Positions 59,630-64,000 of a stretch of DNA of 64,000 bases are shown piece by piece (positions within the stretch are counted from its first letter, which is position 1; every line of letters begins with the position of its first letter). The position numbers and the translations under genes were made by a program. The stretch comes from Elusimicrobiota bacterium. Its GTDB lineage: Bacteria; Elusimicrobiota; Endomicrobiia; Endomicrobiales; JBDRNC01. The notes under the pieces were generated by a model. That model saw only the letters and a program-made list of their open reading frames with translations. It did not search any database and had not been told where the DNA came from. Where the stretch lies: positions 17,459-81,458 of the forward strand of contig JBDRNC010000029.1 of assembly GCA_043811535.1 (NCBI GenBank), read 5' to 3'.

Positions 59630-61993
59630 TTATAGAACTGATATGAATTCCGCAATTACCTTAAATTCACCATCTTCTTGCGGTGTTAGTTTAATAGGTT
59701 CAAAATCATTATTTAAGGGCTCTAAAATAATCCTTTCGTGCTGCCATGTTTCATCTTTATAATATTTTTTATCACTTCTATATTTCTTAACAGTATATGT
59801 TCCACCTGTTTCCAAATCTTTAATGCTGTGATGTTGAACTAAAACAATCTTTCCTTGTCTTGAGCCAACGACATCTGCTCTAAATATACAATAACTATTG
59901 TTTGGGATTAAAGGTTCCATTGAGTGACCCACGACTTTGGCAATGAACATCTTTTTATCGAGTTTCTTGCCGACATTTACTGCTACCCAGCCTTCTTCTG
60001 CCACTTCCTGGCTTTCTCCAAATTTACCAGCAGCTGCTTTAAGTGAATAAAGAGGGAGGTATTCTTTGTACTTATTGACCTCTGGGATTGATGTTAATAT
60101 CTCGAAAGTAGTATCTTTTTGAATGGGAATATCTTTTCTATAGTCAATTCTCCATTTAAAATATCTTTCCGTTTCTTTATCTATGAAATACACATAGCAA
60201 CCCTTCATCGCGCGCGTCATTAGAGTGCGATATGTATTTCTTATTAGTAAATCGGCTTTCTTATTGGCATCCTCAGGATTACTTTTTAATGCCTTTTTGT
60301 ATCCCTTGAGCGACGCATCCGTTTTCGCGCGTTTATTTGGATCAGTAATAACTTTCCCTTCTCTAACGATCAAATCTGAACCAACAATGACCCCTACATA
60401 ATCCAGGTCAAGCCCTTGGCAAGTATGAATACATCCTACCTCACTTACTGATTCGGGCGAGAGTATCCACAAGTTTCCGTCGCTTTCCAAATTCCAACGC
60501 ATCGCAAAATTATGTTCTGAAATCTTGATATCCATCATAGCTTTGCTACTTTTACTTACCCAATCCCAGCAATATCCCGCTACCAAACGGGCTTTGTTGT
60601 TTTCTTTGTTTTTCTCAAAAATAGCATCTCTAAGCATGGTTGGTGAATCCATAATCTGAAAATCATATTCTGTAACATCAAGAGACGAATTCGAAGTCTC
60701 TTTTATCTGTAATATATCATCGAGCCATGCCAGATAACCGTCAGAGCCATTGCAACGGAACTGTGAAGCAAGATCTAACTCATACACCTTTGCAGCACTT
60801 TTTTTAGCCCATTTTCTTATCTCTTCTTTCTCACCAATGTCATGCCACGTAACTTTCTGATCTTCATCAATGAAGAACACTGAGAACTTGGACGCTTCTA
60901 TGATTTCTTTAATTTGATTCTCACCTTTATTCCTAAACATTCCTGATTTCTTATTCAAGCGGTGCGCCTCGTCAACAACCAATGCGTCAAAAAGATTTCC
61001 ACCCACATCAACATAGAATCCTGACCCAGAAAACAGATTAGTGATTTCTGTCTTACGAAGAGTACCAGTAAGCATGCTCTCATAGACTGCTCGCGGTGCG
61101 GCATTCTTTGTCACATATTGCGTCACTAGCCCTATCTTTGACAATGCGACTATCAGATTGATAGCCACAACAGATTTCCCGGTGCCAGGGCCGCCTGATA
61201 CTATTAAAACATTCTTATTTTCTGCGGATGATTGCTTTGCGAGTGAAAGAGCAGTCTCGTAGACAATCTTTTGGTCATCGATCATCACGAATTCCTGATT
61301 TCCTTTAAGCATCTTTACCAAACTATCAGCAAGGCTTTTGGATGGCCTTATTCTACCCTCATCAATTCGATACATGACTTTGCTTTTATCGCCATGCTTA
61401 ACAAATTGTTTTATAAAGGCTTGAAGCTTCTCCTTTTCTGCATCACCTTCAAGAAACACTGGTGCCTTTTTGATATATTCTGCATAAAAGTCATTTCTAA
61501 TTACGTTGTCTTCTATATAGTTATGAAGATAGGCACAAGGCCTAAGCTGAATGTTTTCCTTGTATACCGTTTCATTAAAACCCTGAATAAGTGCTGCATA
61601 AGACCACGCCTGGTAAGATGGATGGCTTACTTCTCCGTAAAAACTCGTTAGCACAACTCCGTCTTTATCGGTGAGCTTTGCTTTCGACCATTGCTTGAGT
61701 TCGATCAAAACAGCATAATCAGTGTCGTGTTCGTTTTTTCCAGTCAAAATAAAATCAATGCGCTTTGATGTTTGTGGAATTTGATATTCGATTGTCACCC
61801 CGGAATCATTTGGGATTTCATTATCATTGAGCACATCCCGCATCCAACGCGCTGTCATTTTCCAAGATTCCTGCTCTGATTGTCCAACATGTTTTCCAGT
61901 TTTTTTAAAATAGTAATCAACAATAGTTTTGTCAATACTATTTGAAAATACATCCTTGAGGAAATGATCTTTTGTGGACTGATAAATAATCAA
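59630..61993 (-). CDS. DUF2075 nuclease-helicase with a C-terminal S24 (LexA-like) peptidase domain
   Basis: RIDFIL..IELKQW, GGPGTGKS, VDEAHRL, QGLDLD, YRTLMTR; C-terminus AAAG.F, VVGHSMEP, YTVKKY. Confidence 0.88.
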   Translation of the reverse strand: MIIYQSTKDHFLKDVFSNSIDKTIVDYYFKKTGKHVGQSEQESWKMTARWMRDVLNDNEIPNDSGVTIEYQIPQTSKRIDFILTGKNEHDTDYAVLIELKQWSKAKLTDKDGVVLTSFYGEVSHPSYQAWSYAALIQGFNETVYKENIQLRPCAYLHNYIEDNVIRNDFYAEYIKKAPVFLEGDAEKEKLQAFIKQFVKHGDKSKVMYRIDEGRIRPSKSLADSLVKMLKGNQEFVMIDDQKIVYETALSLAKQSSAENKNVLIVSGGPGTGKSVVAINLIVALSKIGLVTQYVTKNAAPRAVYESMLTGTLRKTEITNLFSGSGFYVDVGGNLFDALVVDEAHRLNKKSGMFRNKGENQIKEIIEASKFSVFFIDEDQKVTWHDIGEKEEIRKWAKKSAAKVYELDLASQFRCNGSDGYLAWLDDILQIKETSNSSLDVTEYDFQIMDSPTMLRDAIFEKNKENNKARLVAGYCWDWVSKSSKAMMDIKISEHNFAMRWNLESDGNLWILSPESVSEVGCIHTCQGLDLDYVGVIVGSDLIVREGKVITDPNKRAKTDASLKGYKKALKSNPEDANKKADLLIRNTYRTLMTRAMKGCYVYFIDKETERYFKWRIDYRKDIPIQKDTTFEILTSIPEVNKYKEYLPLYSLKAAAGKFGESQEVAEEGWVAVNVGKKLDKKMFIAKVVGHSMEPLIPNNSYCIFRADVVGSRQGKIVLVQHHSIKDLETGGTYTVKKYRSDKKYYKDETWQHERIILEPLNNDFEPIKLTPQEDGEFKVIAEFISVL

Positions 61994-62075
61994 TTAGTAT
62001 TCCTAATTAAAATTGTGTCAAATAAATACTTTGACTTGGCTAAAAATATCAGAGTTAGTATTTTGAATAACATTT

Positions 62076-62429
62076 TCATAATTTTGTGTATTTTGTGTGC
62101 TTTCCTTTTGCTTTTCTAACTGGGTATTTTTTAGCATTCTTTTTCAATTTCTTGTCCATAGCACTCAATAGATTAATATCCAAAATATCTGACAATTCAA
62201 ATAGGTACATTGCAATATCCGCGATTTCCTCTTCAACTTCTTTTTTATGAGATTTTATGTATTCAACAACCTCATTTTTGGATTTCCACTGAAAGTTTTC
62301 AAGTAGTTCTGATGCTTCAAGGATAATTGAGATTGCCATGTTCTTGGGATCGTGGAACTGCATCCAGTCCCTGGCATCACGAAATTTCCTGATTTTGGCT
62401 AACATCTGATTGATTGTAGGTTTTACCAT
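62076..62429 (-). CDS. MazG-like nucleotide pyrophosphohydrolase
   Basis: FRDARDWMQFH.PKN, EASELLE.FQW, EEIAD, KNAKKYP. Confidence 0.9.
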   Translation of the reverse strand: MVKPTINQMLAKIRKFRDARDWMQFHDPKNMAISIILEASELLENFQWKSKNEVVEYIKSHKKEVEEEIADIAMYLFELSDILDINLLSAMDKKLKKNAKKYPVRKAKGKHTKYTKL

Positions 62430-62682
62430 CAATTTCTCCAATAAAAAACCCCGCTATTAAGCGAGGTGTAATGTAAACTCCGATATTGAATCTAAAAAAA
62501 CGCTTTTGGTGGAAAGCATGATTATTATCTCTTAATTTAACGACAGTATCTCGTATCTGGTATCTAGTATCTAGTGAAAAACTGAAAACTTACTTCTTAC
62601 GACTAACGACGGTATCTCGTGACCAGCAACGACTAACTTATCTCCTCCCGCCCCTCCGGGAGGGGCGGGAGGGCAGAGGTGG

Positions 62683-62784
62683 TTATCTCTTTTGTGATTT
62701 CAGATTTTCAAGGTCAAATTTATCTATCTTTTTTGCGGTATTTAATAACTCTAACAACTTTCTGAAGTCTTTTTCTACTTTCAT
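62683..62784 (-). pseudogene. Possible internally deleted remnant of a nucleotidyltransferase gene
   Basis: Manual translation MKVEKDFRKLLELLNTAKKIDKFDLENLKSQKR*, overlapping the end of 62720-62929. Confidence 0.4.
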
Positions 62785-62929
62785 TCAAACCCCTGAACTT
62801 GAAATATTCCTCCCTGAGGAACTGAAGGTTGCTTAGTCTTTGAGAAGGTGTGAGGGAAAGGTCCTTCCTTTTCTCAAAATTCTTTGCGTTTTCAAATGAA
62901 TTTGCTTTATGCATCCATATCTTGTTCAT
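62720..62929 (-). CDS. Small hypothetical protein (antitoxin-like)
   Basis: SLTPSQRL..LQFLRE...RLQKVVRVIK pattern. Confidence 0.6.
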   Translation of the reverse strand: MNKIWMHKANSFENAKNFEKRKDLSLTPSQRLSNLQFLREEYFKFRGLNESRKRLQKVVRVIKYRKKDR

Positions 62930-63109
62930 ATTGATATTTTACCATTTTTGACGTATGGAGACAAGGGTTAAGACGACAGTGACTGGTGGCCAGGAACGAC
63001 ATTCCAAGATTAAAAGATTAGAAAGATTTAAAGATTACGAATATACGACTTACGACACTGGGATTGCTTCGTCCCGATGAAATCGGGACTCGCAATGACG
63101 ACTAGGCGG

Positions 63110-63493
63110 CTACGCTGCTTTTTCGCGTTTCGCTAATTTCCAGTGGAACAGGAACACGACTATGGCTATGACTACGAATATGGCGCACTGGACGAAATTC
63201 TGGAATCCTTTCCTTCTCTCGGCTCCGAGCTCGCTGGCCCATCCGCTGAGGCGCATGGCGGTCACTTTTTCTTCCGAAAGTGGTTTTTTGTCCTTGTTTG
63301 TTGATTCGTGAAGCTTCTGGTCGCGGAATGACTGGTTGTCCTGGAACATCTTATAGGTCCAGGCGTTGATTGTGAGGCTGGGCTTAACTACTTTTACAAG
63401 GCCGTAAGTGCCTATGCCTAAACTTACCATGAAGGCGCATATCGCGGTAAAGCATACAACCAAAGCGTAAATTTCTACGGTTTTCCGTTTCAT
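63110..63493 (-). CDS. Hypothetical two-TM membrane protein
   Basis: MKRKTVEIYALVVCF...FLFHWKLAKR; start reassigned to 63493. Confidence 0.7.
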   Translation of the reverse strand: MKRKTVEIYALVVCFTAICAFMVSLGIGTYGLVKVVKPSLTINAWTYKMFQDNQSFRDQKLHESTNKDKKPLSEEKVTAMRLSGWASELGAERRKGFQNFVQCAIFVVIAIVVFLFHWKLAKREKAA

Positions 63494-63937
63494 GTCATTC
63501 TCCCCGTTTGCCCTCGCCTCCCGCCCCTCCGGGAGGGGCGGAATGGCTGGGGCTCTATTGTGCTTACATCCGCCTACGCTAAACGCTTCATCAATAAGCG
63601 CGGCTATTTCCGCCTTCGATGGACATATCATCAATATTCGCGGCTATTCGCTGCATTGACCCGCCGCGGCGGGTATCTTCGGCGGACGGGCGCCGTAGAG
63701 GAGCACCTTAAGTACCCCGAAGGGGATTAAATCTGCTCCCTCCCCTGGGATTGATTACGCAACTTCGGCAGGATTTCGCATACGGCGATTTAATAAATCA
63801 TACGACTATGAGCTCAATTCTATCTCTTTATGATGGCGGAAACAAGCCCTCCTTCGCCGAGGTAGTGTATACTAAAGTGTGTAATTTGTTTATGTTGTTT
63901 CCGTTTTTCTTTTTTGCTTCTTTTTTCTTTTAAGAAG

Positions 63938-63966
63938 TTGACATAAAAAAGAAAAGGGGCTATTCT
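63938..63966 (+). promoter_or_regulatory. Sigma70-type promoter for a gene beyond the window
   Basis: TTGACA, 17 bp spacer, TATTCT; GAGGAGGT RBS at the window end. Confidence 0.65.
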
Positions 63967-64000
63967 CCCATAAGTTAGACCAATAACCTAATGAGGAGGT

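Noticed and set aside
27568..63493. Long co-oriented gene run with palindromic spacers as an integron cassette array
   Set aside because: No integron integrase, no consistent RYYYAAC...GTTRRRY attC ends, and many genes are housekeeping with their own promoters.
63560..63870. tRNA or other structured RNA at the island boundary
   Set aside because: No cloverleaf or T-loop/CCA signature recognised; the hairpins match the nested REP-like elements seen elsewhere.

Overview
Bacterial chromosomal window, moderately GC-rich, with most genes on the minus strand. Anaerobe-type gene content; the style of the repeats recalls uncultured Elusimicrobiota/Omnitrophota-like genomes, but that is an unverified guess. 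The left and middle parts hold housekeeping and accessory genes: yqeK-nadD-proA, aconitase, clpB with a CIRCE site, cysE, ZIP and CDF transporters, nfnAB-like genes, trpB2, fur-feoAB with a Fur box, glycoside hydrolases and a glycosyltransferase, ABC-F, and RNase R. The right part (48.3-63 kb) holds an array of wHTH/nucleotidyltransferase/HEPN toxin-antitoxin-like modules and an AT-rich candidate defence island (MazG, two DUF2075 helicases, HNH, GIY-YIG, PD-(D/E)XK). The most notable observations are: (1) a translationally coupled PilZ-like/alpha-oxoamine synthase + 7TM-GAF-HD-GYP pair that looks like a c-di-GMP-linked signal synthase/receptor circuit; (2) a pervasive mosaic of 7-8 bp periodic and palindromic intergenic repeat modules joined at a recurring G(T/C)CGT pentamer, which also invade genes in frame and supply gene ends; (3) a full-length membrane pyrophosphatase homologue lacking its catalytic motifs; (4) four TA-like modules, each with its own tandem palindromic operator. 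No rRNA, tRNA, CRISPR array, integrase or transposase was recognised. All calls come from motif recognition by eye; no database search was run.
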